The notes under the pieces: generated by a model
Databases searched by the model: none
Told to the model about the DNA's origin: nothing
The model's input: the letters and a program-made list of their open reading frames with translations, nothing else
Position numbers and translations under genes: made by a program
Part shown: piece by piece, positions 48,400 through 57,515 of the stretch
How positions within the stretch are numbered: position 1 is the first letter of the stretch
Layout: the number at the start of each line of letters is the position of its first letter
Origin: a virus
Reading direction: 5' to 3' (one strand)
Virus record (IMG/VR): IMGVR_UViG_3300025120_000017
Span: 96,001-160,000 of that record
DNA: 64,000 bases

Positions 48400-49524
48400 T
48401 TAATTTACTTTTATATAGATACTTGAGCTTTGTATTCTTGATGATGCATGGTTAAAAACCTTTTCAAAGATCTCATCAGATGTTTCTCCTTTATGTGTTT
48501 CGAGAATGTCTATAATTAATAGATTATAGTATTGCGAAAATAATCTATAAGGATCCTTATTTATTTTTGAATAGAACTTATCATATGACCAAGTCTTTTT
48601 ACAATATTTTATAAAAATATCATAAATCATATTAATAAGTTTGTCTATATCAGTTTTCGCTATGCTTGAAATTTCTTTATATCCAGGTAACCCACTTCTA
48701 TTAGTAAATTCTTCAATAAATGATCTGATTATTGTCCATCCTACTTTACCGCCTGCTGCGGAACTTCCCATTACTTCTAATGCATATGCAGTAAATTTAG
48801 TACTCTCAAAAGTACGTCCTTGCATTTTAACTGGAGCTTTTTCTTTACCAAACAAATACATATGCTTATTTCCAAAAAATGCATCATCATGGTCTACTTT
48901 ACCTTCTTTGTATGAAAATCCTGTATAATACATAGGTGTAATAAAATCATCTACATTAAAAAGTTGTAGCCTAGGTGATTTTATTGATTTAGGTTTCTTT
49001 AAACTTATTCCTATAAGCTCTTTACTTTCAAATTTATCTTTAATCCACTTATTATAACTTTCTATTGAATCAACCGGAACATGCTTAAGGTTTAATGTAG
49101 GTGAACTAACCCAAATATCGCCTGGATTCCACTTATCATCATTAAGTGCACCCATTCCACTATTTTTTGCGGCTATTCTAGCTTTCATATAAATCGCTTG
49201 CATGAACTTATCATTTCTATGATATATTCCATTAGGTATAGAATATCCTTCATTTAGTAACTTGTTTGCTATTGAAACAATGATGTTTTTCCAATCATCT
49301 GAAAGAGATGTAATTATAGGCTTTCTATTTTGTGATTTAACAAACATTTTAGCTTGTTTAATCATATCATCATTTATATCACTTACCGTTATTTTAGATT
49401 TTTTTATGTTTGATGCAATGGCACATGCATAACATTGAGCAAGCTCTGCTATTGTAGCAACATCTTTTCCTCCTCTTACGCTCTTTTTTTCTAATAATTG
49501 ATAGAATTCAGATAGACTTCTCAC
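48400..49524 (-). CDS. Restriction-endonuclease-like PD-(D/E)XK nuclease with capsid-targeting-like N-terminus
   Basis: N-terminus MRSLSEFYQLLE; TIAELAQ, KWNPGDIW and IGISLKK. Confidence 0.6.
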   Translation of the reverse strand: MRSLSEFYQLLEKKSVRGGKDVATIAELAQCYACAIASNIKKSKITVSDINDDMIKQAKMFVKSQNRKPIITSLSDDWKNIIVSIANKLLNEGYSIPNGIYHRNDKFMQAIYMKARIAAKNSGMGALNDDKWNPGDIWVSSPTLNLKHVPVDSIESYNKWIKDKFESKELIGISLKKPKSIKSPRLQLFNVDDFITPMYYTGFSYKEGKVDHDDAFFGNKHMYLFGKEKAPVKMQGRTFESTKFTAYALEVMGSSAAGGKVGWTIIRSFIEEFTNRSGLPGYKEISSIAKTDIDKLINMIYDIFIKYCKKTWSYDKFYSKINKDPYRLFSQYYNLLIIDILETHKGETSDEIFEKVFNHASSRIQSSSIYIKVN

Positions 49525-49542
49525 GATATAAATAATTTAATA

Positions 49543-49551
49543 TATTTAATC
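49543..49551 (-). promoter_or_regulatory. Putative late promoter GATTAAATA
   Basis: 18 nt upstream of the GTG at 49524. Confidence 0.55.
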
Positions 49552-49602
49552 AATTCTTAAACAAAATCTATAAAAACCTAATTAAATTAAAAAGATCTGA
49601 AT

Positions 49603-50751
49603 ATGGCAAGTAAATATGATTACTTAAGGCCAGAAATAGATGTAATGGCAAAACAAGGCAAAAATGCTAATGCTATTGCGGTAAAATTATCATCTATACA
49701 TGGACTTAACAAAAATAGCTTATATGATTGGATCAGAAGAAAGGCTTTAGTAAAGCTAAATACTTTTGAAAATCATCTTGAAGATAACAACTTTACACCT
49801 CCTGAAAACTGGGCATATGGGTGGTTAAAAACAGAAAAAGGATCTATCTTTATTAAAAATCAACAAAGCCTAATTTCTTATGATGAAATAAGAGATGAAA
49901 TCATAGAAGAAATGAAAGTCCATTCACCTTCATATGATAAAATTGAAAGGAAAGATACAAACGCTGAAAAACATTCATTAACTATTGATATTGCTGACTT
50001 GCATATAGGAAAGCTTGCAGTTAAATCAGAAACAGGTGAATCATATAATATCAAGAAAGCTATTAAGAGAGCACTTGAAGGAGTATCTGGTATTTTAGAA
50101 AAATCAAGTGGCTATCATATTGATAAGATATTTTTTATTATTGGAAATGATATTCTACATATTGATAAAACTAATAGGACAACAACCGCAAACACTCCAC
50201 AAGATACTGACGGCATGTGGTATCAATCATTTACAGCAGCAAGAAAGCTATATGTAGATATTTTAGAAAATTTATCTCAAATAGCAGATGTACATGTTAT
50301 ACATTGCCCAAGCAATCATGACTTTATGAGTGGATATATGTTAGCAGATTCCATTGCAAGTTGGTTTAACAAAAATCCTAATATTAGTTTTGATGTTTCA
50401 AATAATCATCGAAAGTACATTAAGTATGGGAAATCATTATTAGGATTTTCTCACGGTGATGGTGCAAAGATGGCAGATATGCCACTGTTAATGGCAAATG
50501 AAAGTAAATCATTATGGGCTGAAACTGATCATAGATATATTTACCTACATCACGTGCATCATAAAGATGTTAGAATATTTCAAAGCGGTAAAGATTATCA
50601 AGGAGCTACTGTTGAATATTTAAGAAGCCCATCTGCAACAGATTCATGGCATCACAGAAATGGATATAGTGGAAACACTAAGGCAATTGAAGGTTTTATA
50701 CATTCAAAGAAACATGGGCAAGTTGCAAAACTTACTCATATCTTTAAATAG
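49603..50751 (+). CDS. Calcineurin-like metallophosphoesterase with N-terminal HTH-like region
   Basis: DLHIG, GND, SNHD, HGD, HHVHH. Confidence 0.85.
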   Translation: MASKYDYLRPEIDVMAKQGKNANAIAVKLSSIHGLNKNSLYDWIRRKALVKLNTFENHLEDNNFTPPENWAYGWLKTEKGSIFIKNQQSLISYDEIRDEIIEEMKVHSPSYDKIERKDTNAEKHSLTIDIADLHIGKLAVKSETGESYNIKKAIKRALEGVSGILEKSSGYHIDKIFFIIGNDILHIDKTNRTTTANTPQDTDGMWYQSFTAARKLYVDILENLSQIADVHVIHCPSNHDFMSGYMLADSIASWFNKNPNISFDVSNNHRKYIKYGKSLLGFSHGDGAKMADMPLLMANESKSLWAETDHRYIYLHHVHHKDVRIFQSGKDYQGATVEYLRSPSATDSWHHRNGYSGNTKAIEGFIHSKKHGQVAKLTHIFK

Positions 50752-50758
50752 TAAATAA

Positions 50759-51499
50759 ATGAAAATAAAAATAGCGTGTATATCTGATACCCATTCTTTA
50801 CATGACAAATGGCATGATAAATTAAAATATGATGAATTTGGATATGAAACATATTCAAAATGGAAAGATGCTGATATTATATTACATGCAGGCGATTGTA
50901 CATCATCTGGGTATATGCATGAAGTTAAAGCATTCCTAGATTGGTTTAATACATTGCCAGCACCTTCTAAAATTTTCATTGCAGGAAATCATGACTTCTT
51001 TTTTGATACTGGATATAAATACCAAAGACCTATTCCATGTACTGATGCTGAAGAAGTTAATGAGCTCCTTAAGCCATACCAAAACCTTACTTACTTAAAT
51101 GAAAATACTACAAATTCATTCGGGTTAAATATATACGGTACTCCTATTCAACCATGGTTTAATAATTGGGCATTTAACAAAATGAGAGGAGATGAAATTC
51201 AATTACATTGGGATAAGATACCTAGCAATACTGATATACTTATAGTTCATGGTCCACCGTATGGCATTCTTGATTTAATAGATCATAAGTTTAGAAAGTA
51301 TAATGAAAGCCCTAACGTAGGTTGTGAATTGCTGCTTAAAAAAATACAAGAAGTAAAGCCTAAAGTTGTTGTGTTTGGTCATATACATGAACAGTATGGA
51401 GTTATTGAAAAAGATGGCATTACATTTATTAATGCAAGTTGCTTAAATGAAAATTATAAACCTATTAATGCGCCGCAATTTATAGAAATAGAAATATGA
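50759..51499 (+). CDS. Metallophosphoesterase (MPPED/Icc-like)
   Basis: ISDTH, HAGD, AGNHD, HGPP, FGHIHE. Confidence 0.9.
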   Translation: MKIKIACISDTHSLHDKWHDKLKYDEFGYETYSKWKDADIILHAGDCTSSGYMHEVKAFLDWFNTLPAPSKIFIAGNHDFFFDTGYKYQRPIPCTDAEEVNELLKPYQNLTYLNENTTNSFGLNIYGTPIQPWFNNWAFNKMRGDEIQLHWDKIPSNTDILIVHGPPYGILDLIDHKFRKYNESPNVGCELLLKKIQEVKPKVVVFGHIHEQYGVIEKDGITFINASCLNENYKPINAPQFIEIEI

Positions 51500-51693
51500 A
51501 TGTTAAAGATTTACAGCATCCTACTGAATTATCTACTTATAAAGCAAGTGACATATTAGCAATGGATATTCATCAAATACATATGTTAACTTCAGTATTT
51601 AGAACAAAATGGGCATTAAAATTTATACGTGAAAATACAAAAATAAGTGCAGCTCAAATTTATATTGATAACATTTTAACAGACAAAATATAA
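51496..51693 (+). CDS. Hypothetical protein
   Basis: Coupled small ORF. Confidence 0.6.
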   Translation: MNVKDLQHPTELSTYKASDILAMDIHQIHMLTSVFRTKWALKFIRENTKISAAQIYIDNILTDKI

Positions 51694-51965
51694 TGGAAAT
51701 ATTTTTAGATGTAATACAAGAACATGTACATGAAGATTTTTATAAATACTCTAATCCGTTTACAGGAAAATCTGAATATGCCTTAGGTAAAAAGAAAGAT
51801 CTTCTTTTAAATGAAGAATTTCCTATAATTACATTTAACCCTATAAGCACTGAGGCCAGCTATGGATTTGGCAGTATTAATAAAAAATGTAAAGGGCCTG
51901 ATGATCTAAAATGCTTTATTGAGGCTATAGATTTTTTGTTCAACACAGGATTAATAAAATTATGA
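51693..51965 (+). CDS. Hypothetical protein
   Basis: Coupled small ORF. Confidence 0.6.
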   Translation: MEIFLDVIQEHVHEDFYKYSNPFTGKSEYALGKKKDLLLNEEFPIITFNPISTEASYGFGSINKKCKGPDDLKCFIEAIDFLFNTGLIKL

Positions 51966-52171
51966 AAGCAAAACTAGAATTCGATTTAGAGGATTTAGAT
52001 GACGTAATGGCTCATTTAAGATGTGTTAAATCATTAGATATGGCAAAGACATTGTTTAAAATACAAGGTATAATAAAAGATAAGTGGGAATACAATGCAG
52101 TTGAAATACAAAGTAAAATAAGAGATGTATTTGAAGAGTATGATATTAACTTGGAAGATTTAATACAATGA
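51962..52171 (+). CDS. Conserved small phage protein (MKAKLEFDL.. family)
   Basis: Coupled ORF with a common phage N-terminal motif. Confidence 0.7.
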   Translation: MKAKLEFDLEDLDDVMAHLRCVKSLDMAKTLFKIQGIIKDKWEYNAVEIQSKIRDVFEEYDINLEDLIQ

Positions 52172-52206
52172 TTAATTAAAAATAAATACACATTAAATAA
52201 TAAATT

Positions 52207-52887
52207 ATGATACAAGAAGAAATCAAAGACACTTTTAACGAATCTGTTGAGTTAAGAGAAAGAATACAAAATGAACTAAGAGAGGATCAAAAAAATCTTA
52301 AGAAGTTAGTAGAAATCATCAGTAATGATAGCATTTCAGGTAATGAATTCAACAATGTAGTAAATATGTATCACTATAGAGAAGGCGGGTACCCAAGTCC
52401 TAATAGTAAACCAAGACACGTTGAATTTGTTAAGAAATTTGTTAGCTTATATAAAATACTTAATTTTCTTGAATTAGATGACTTCTTATGCATGGAATTA
52501 TATGGAGCCAGTGTTGTAATTCATGAACCTATTGAAGATTTTACAATAAGCGGAGATAGTCTTGAAACAATTAAGGAAAGAGGATATACTGCTACTACGT
52601 TTAAAGAATTTTTAACAGAAGCACTTCTTAGAGGAGATCATATACTAACATCTGTATGTAATTGTGCTGATATTATTAAGGAAAAGGCAAAAGAAATTGA
52701 AGAAACTGCAAATATTAAAAAGAAACATTATGGATCTGCTGTAATGACAGAAGTAAAAAGACGAAATGCAGGAGCAGAAGGAAATGTAAAAAGAGCTAAT
52801 AAAATTGAGGAATCTATTAATGAAGATTATGAAAGTTATGTACAATCATTAGGATTACTTGAAATAGATCAAGAAAATGGAAAATAG
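52207..52887 (+). CDS. Hypothetical acidic helical protein
   Basis: 226-aa ORF. Confidence 0.7.
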   Translation: MIQEEIKDTFNESVELRERIQNELREDQKNLKKLVEIISNDSISGNEFNNVVNMYHYREGGYPSPNSKPRHVEFVKKFVSLYKILNFLELDDFLCMELYGASVVIHEPIEDFTISGDSLETIKERGYTATTFKEFLTEALLRGDHILTSVCNCADIIKEKAKEIEETANIKKKHYGSAVMTEVKRRNAGAEGNVKRANKIEESINEDYESYVQSLGLLEIDQENGK

Positions 52888-53236
52888 AATAAAAATAGGA
52901 GATGTCTGGTATGTCAAAGAAGCTAAAGATGATATATCTATTAAAAAAGATTTTGCATATAGCCGAAGCATAACATATGAATGTGATAATTTTATGATTG
53001 AGGCACATGTACTAGAAGATAACGAAAAATTCACTATGCCAACTTTAAAATATGTGGATAAAAAATATCCTGAATGCTCTTGGGTTGCAAGCAACCCAGC
53101 ATATCTTATAGGAGTTGCAGAGCGAAATCCTAAATGGATGACTATTATAAATGCTGAGAGCCCTGAATTAATATCAGCAGTTAAAGAAATAATAGATGAA
53201 ATGAAAGATTCTGGGTGGCTATCAAATAATACTTAA
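52877..53236 (+). CDS. Hypothetical protein
   Basis: 119-aa ORF ending the plus-strand operon, convergent with 53233..53463. Confidence 0.65.
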   Translation: MENRIKIGDVWYVKEAKDDISIKKDFAYSRSITYECDNFMIEAHVLEDNEKFTMPTLKYVDKKYPECSWVASNPAYLIGVAERNPKWMTIINAESPELISAVKEIIDEMKDSGWLSNNT

Positions 53237-53463
53237 TTCTTACTCCCAAAGTTTTTAGGATATGGTCCACCGCCTTCAATGATGTCTAGCATATTAGATT
53301 CTTTATCTGAAATGTGGACCATTTTTTTATTACCTCCGCGAGCAATCCAAGTATTTACAAATTTCTTTGCGGACTTATTACTTATATTTTTAAGAAGACC
53401 TTTAAGATACTGAACAGATACATTTCTTTCTGATTCATTTAAAAACTCTTTATAGCTTTTCAT
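53233..53463 (-). CDS. Putative small internal head protein
   Basis: MKSYKEFLNE closely resembles the T4 internal-protein capsid-targeting sequence MKTYQEFIAE. Confidence 0.7.
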   Translation of the reverse strand: MKSYKEFLNESERNVSVQYLKGLLKNISNKSAKKFVNTWIARGGNKKMVHISDKESNMLDIIEGGGPYPKNFGSKN

Positions 53464-53752
53464 CTTTTATTTCTTTTTTTGATTTGATTTTATTGACAAC
53501 ATCTATAAATTTACCGCCAAACGTATATCCACAAAATAATAGCATAGCGCTATATAAACCTTGAGATATTAATCTAAGTATCTCTACATTTACATCATAT
53601 GATTTTGGGCTATATGCTTCAAGAGCCATAAGTACGTGAACTGTAAAATAAAAAAACACAGAGCAAAATGTATATACTCTTGCTTGTGAATATTTTTTAC
53701 TACCATCTTTTTTAGTTTCTTTAAGTATATCACTTAACATTGTAATTTTCAT
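53450..53752 (-). CDS. Two-TM membrane protein (holin-like)
   Basis: Two hydrophobic segments, KYSQARV motif, basic C-terminus. Confidence 0.55.
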   Translation of the reverse strand: MKITMLSDILKETKKDGSKKYSQARVYTFCSVFFYFTVHVLMALEAYSPKSYDVNVEILRLISQGLYSAMLLFCGYTFGGKFIDVVNKIKSKKEIKDEKL

Positions 53753-53767
53753 CTATATTTACTTATT

Positions 53768-54100
53768 TTATTCTTCGCTATCATAATCAGAATCTTCATC
53801 TTCTTCACTATCAGTGCCTTTATCAATATCTTTATTTATACGCTCTTTATCAGCATTTGCATCTTTTTTAATAATATCTTCAACATCACCTTCTTCTTCT
53901 GATGCTTTTGTATCTAATGCACTTCGTAAGCCACTCTTTTCATCCCAAGAGCAATCTATAAATCTCCTACCAAATTTGGATTTAGCCATTTTATCTAATT
54001 CTGCTTTTTCTTTAGGATCCATATCACTATATACTGATTTGCTGGTTGAAGCATTATAATACATAGAACCTGTCTTGTAATATTCTTTTAATGATTTCAT
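53768..54100 (-). CDS. Putative internal head protein with acidic tail
   Basis: MKSLKEYYK N-terminus. Confidence 0.6.
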   Translation of the reverse strand: MKSLKEYYKTGSMYYNASTSKSVYSDMDPKEKAELDKMAKSKFGRRFIDCSWDEKSGLRSALDTKASEEEGDVEDIIKKDANADKERINKDIDKGTDSEEDEDSDYDSEE

Positions 54101-54107
54101 TTAAGAT

Positions 54108-54635
54108 TTAAGCTTTTTTTAATTTTTTATCCTCACCTCTCTTAATAACTTCTCTTGCCATATCAGCATCTGCCTTACCCCATGTACCATCACCTTTAGT
54201 TAAAAATGCGTTAACTCTGGCTAATGCCCATTGTTCTTGACCTGCACCTTTTCTATGGCTTGAGTTCCATGCTGCTAATCCTCGCCTTGCAACTGCTCTT
54301 AATATACCAATATATACACCAGTTTCATCTGACTTATTTTTAAGAGCTTTTTCCATCTTTTGGCTTTTAAGAGGTCCTTCTGAAATCTGCTCTTTATTAT
54401 TCTTATCAGATTCTTTTTCTGCTTCATCAACATTATCACCATATAAATCATGGTAATTTTTTGTATGTTTACTCTTTTTTACCTTTCCTGATTTTCTAGC
54501 AGCTTCATCGCCTGGAGCATCTTTATATGCATCAGGATTACTATCTGATAATTCATCATTCTTTTTAAAAAAATCAGCTCTCTTTTTACTTACTGATTTT
54601 TTCTTTTCATTTAAAAATTCGTTAAGGCTTTTCAT
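54108..54635 (-). CDS. Putative internal head protein with DUF5824-like C-terminal domain
   Basis: Likely start MKSLNEFLNE (ATG 54635); RRGLAAWNSSHRKGAGQEQWALARVNAF. Confidence 0.7.
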   Translation of the reverse strand: MKSLNEFLNEKKKSVSKKRADFFKKNDELSDSNPDAYKDAPGDEAARKSGKVKKSKHTKNYHDLYGDNVDEAEKESDKNNKEQISEGPLKSQKMEKALKNKSDETGVYIGILRAVARRGLAAWNSSHRKGAGQEQWALARVNAFLTKGDGTWGKADADMAREVIKRGEDKKLKKA

Positions 54636-55275
54636 CTTCTTTATCATTTATTTCATAAAAGTATCCTTCGTCAGCAGCCCACTTATGGCCATTTTCACAA
54701 AAGAACTCGTGTGTACTAACTTTAAAGTCAGGTTTTCTTAATTTATTAGGTGTAAGAGATTGGTCATAAAATAAAACTCTGTTATTAGGCTGAGCAGCAA
54801 ATTGACCATTATCCATTTTTAGTATATTAAATGACTTATGCTCATTAGGTGTTTGTGATAAACTAACATTGAGTTCATTTGGATCTGAATGACAACTATC
54901 AATAGTAAAAAGATAATATCCTTTATGCCACTCTTTATCTTTCATATACACTTGGCAATCTATATTTTTTAATATAGTTTTTTCTATAACCGTTATGTTA
55001 TAACTAAAACAATCCCAGATTTGTAGAAAATCTAAAGGTAAAAAATCATTTTGATTAACGTCTTTATCCCAAACAAATGCAGATAAAGGTAACTTATCAT
55101 ATAGAGCACCATACTCAGTTAAATATGCTTCTATGTATAATGCTTTACCTAATATTGATTTGGCGCTTACCCAATAGCATGGTTCATATTCACCATGACC
55201 TTTTTCAAAATCATAAAGATATTCTTTACGTACATAACATTGTATTTGTGGTAAATTAGTTACTAAATAGCTCAT
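54622..55275 (-). CDS. Conserved T4-like phage hypothetical protein
   Basis: YVRKEYLYD..GHGE, GALYDKLPLSAF, GQFAAQPNNR. Confidence 0.8.
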   Translation of the reverse strand: MSYLVTNLPQIQCYVRKEYLYDFEKGHGEYEPCYWVSAKSILGKALYIEAYLTEYGALYDKLPLSAFVWDKDVNQNDFLPLDFLQIWDCFSYNITVIEKTILKNIDCQVYMKDKEWHKGYYLFTIDSCHSDPNELNVSLSQTPNEHKSFNILKMDNGQFAAQPNNRVLFYDQSLTPNKLRKPDFKVSTHEFFCENGHKWAADEGYFYEINDKEDEKP

Positions 55276-55299
55276 ATTAATTTATTGATTAAGGTTCTT

Positions 55300-56250
55300 T
55301 TATATTTTACTACCAACATCTGCATTATCATAATCTTTTAAAGTGATTTTCCAATTTCTAACTTGGCCTACAGGAACTCCAAGCTCTTTTGCCTTTTGTC
55401 TAACCTCCATCTTAAAGAGCTTAAATATTTTTTTAACCTGTGCTTCATATTTTCCATCAGGTCCAAATAATTCTTTTGTAGTAGCAGAGACAACTTTATT
55501 ACTATTTTTCATTCTTTTAGTTTGTCTTATACGTCTTTCAAAAAGAATTCCTTCATCTAGGTCAACAAACGCATGAACTGTATTATCATCAGGATCATCA
55601 GTTACTTTAACTTTAAATCCTCCAATAATAACTTCTTCACCATTAGAAAGCTTTTCAACATCTCCTAATGTTATTAACATTAGTGGCCAAAAAGTATCAC
55701 CAAGTTCTTTATGTTCATTAGTTGCCTCTTTCTTTATTAATTCTAAAAAATAATCTAATGCTCCTTTTCTTCTTTTATCTCTAATCTTTTTATATAAATC
55801 TTTAGCAAGCTTTATAGGATTTGCTGCCTTTATTAACATATCATGTAAATCTGCATGTACTGCCCAAAAGTATTGTTCATCTCTTGTAATGTTTTCAACG
55901 ATAGATGAATTGCTTCCTAGTGATTTTTTTATATTCGATAATGCTCTTTCTTTAATGTATTTTTGATTATCGTTTAATAAACTCTCAATAAGCTTTTCAC
56001 ATGCCTGCCTGAATTGCTCCATATGTTTCTTAGCTGCATTAATGTCATCTTCCTCAATTGCATCAATTGCCATCATAAGGTGCTCTGCTTCTTTATGATA
56101 ATTAACATCTACGAAGCTATTATATAATTTCTTAAGATCTTTATCTCCCATTGATATATCAGAGTTAGTTGCAATTTTAAGCATACCATCATAATCAAAG
56201 TTGCTTTTATACTTATCTCCTAATTTGTAAAATTCATATAATGATTTCAT
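55300..56250 (-). CDS. Putative internal head (poly)protein
   Basis: Likely start MKSLYEFYKL at ATG 56250; the ORF-track start at 56355 overlaps the upstream gene. Confidence 0.65.
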   Translation of the reverse strand: MKSLYEFYKLGDKYKSNFDYDGMLKIATNSDISMGDKDLKKLYNSFVDVNYHKEAEHLMMAIDAIEEDDINAAKKHMEQFRQACEKLIESLLNDNQKYIKERALSNIKKSLGSNSSIVENITRDEQYFWAVHADLHDMLIKAANPIKLAKDLYKKIRDKRRKGALDYFLELIKKEATNEHKELGDTFWPLMLITLGDVEKLSNGEEVIIGGFKVKVTDDPDDNTVHAFVDLDEGILFERRIRQTKRMKNSNKVVSATTKELFGPDGKYEAQVKKIFKLFKMEVRQKAKELGVPVGQVRNWKITLKDYDNADVGSKI

Positions 56251-56251
56251 A

Positions 56252-56623
56252 TTATGCGTCTTTATATTTGAATGTTCTAGGGTAAAAGCTTTTAGCTTGA
56301 TATTCTTTAAACTCACCTTCTTTATTAAAGACAGCATAACCGTCATTTGTAGCAACTAATACAGTTGGCTCAGTATGTAAATTAGAGAAAGCAAGATATT
56401 GTTCTGCTTTGGCTGCTGGTGCAAACATTTTTCGGTTAGCATCCATATATTTCTGTATTTTTTTAACATCAATATAGTCTTTAAGAAGTTTAGCATTCTT
56501 TGCTTTCATCTTTTTAACTTTAGCAGATGTGTTTGGTATTTCGATGATTTCCCACCCTTTAATGTCAACAGCATCTGGTGTAAACTTTTCATCTAATTTA
56601 TAAAATTTATATAATGATTTCAT
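56252..56623 (-). CDS. Putative internal head protein
   Basis: MKSLYKFYKLDE N-terminus. Confidence 0.65.
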   Translation of the reverse strand: MKSLYKFYKLDEKFTPDAVDIKGWEIIEIPNTSAKVKKMKAKNAKLLKDYIDVKKIQKYMDANRKMFAPAAKAEQYLAFSNLHTEPTVLVATNDGYAVFNKEGEFKEYQAKSFYPRTFKYKDA

Positions 56624-57483
56624 TATCTTGATATTTTTTTAATTTTAGAAGAAACTTGTTTAAAATGCTTATCAAATAATTTCTTATATTCTCTGATATA
56701 ATTAGTTTTATCTAATTTAGCTTCAAGGGATTCGATTGAAGTAATTATAGTTGTACCTTCTTCATCATCTTCAATCTCTTCTTCATCAGGATCAAAATCA
56801 GTTTCAGTTAAAGATTCTTCACGTCTTTTAGATTTTTCAGATTTATATTCGTTTTGCCTTTCTTTAGCAATATCTAAATCTTCTTTTATATCATCAAGAA
56901 TTCTACTCTCAGCTGAAAATAATGATTCAATTGCAGTTTCAACTATAGTTCTTTTATTTTCTTTTGTATTATCTAAAACATCTCTTATTACTTCATGATT
57001 ATAATTCTTATCCCAATCATCAAAAGATTCTTCATTAATTTTAGATTTAATCGCTTCAATAATATAATCATTTATGGTAGATGTCATTACTTCATCATGG
57101 TCATCAAAATACGACTCAATCTCCAACTCCAAGTTATCAATAACATCTTCAAGCGCTTCAGGGTAATTTTCCTCTTCAACCGTTTCTTTAATCTTTGGCG
57201 GCTTTGCATACTTCTTTCCTTCATTTATAGATTCATTTACATTCCAAGAAGCTGGTAATAAGTTAACCTTTCCCATTTCTTTAGCTCTTTTGATAACCCA
57301 TGCTTTTGCACGATCTTTATCTTTAGCTCTTCCGTAAGCTCTTATTGCATTTTTAAGATCTTCCTTATTTTCAATAGGAAATGAACCATCAGGTAATGCC
57401 ATTCCTTTATCAGCTAACTCTCTTCGCTGTGCTGTAGAAAACTTTCGCTCTATTATTTTATAATACTCAAAAAGAGATTTCAT
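56623..57483 (-). CDS. Putative internal head polyprotein (basic N-domain plus acidic domain)
   Basis: MKSLFEYYKIIE; PDGSFPI..DLKNAIRAYGR domain; VNESINE linker at about residue 88. Confidence 0.65.
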   Translation of the reverse strand: MKSLFEYYKIIERKFSTAQRRELADKGMALPDGSFPIENKEDLKNAIRAYGRAKDKDRAKAWVIKRAKEMGKVNLLPASWNVNESINEGKKYAKPPKIKETVEEENYPEALEDVIDNLELEIESYFDDHDEVMTSTINDYIIEAIKSKINEESFDDWDKNYNHEVIRDVLDNTKENKRTIVETAIESLFSAESRILDDIKEDLDIAKERQNEYKSEKSKRREESLTETDFDPDEEEIEDDEEGTTIITSIESLEAKLDKTNYIREYKKLFDKHFKQVSSKIKKISR

Positions 57484-57515
57484 AATTACATATATTTTTT
57501 CATATCAGCCATCTG

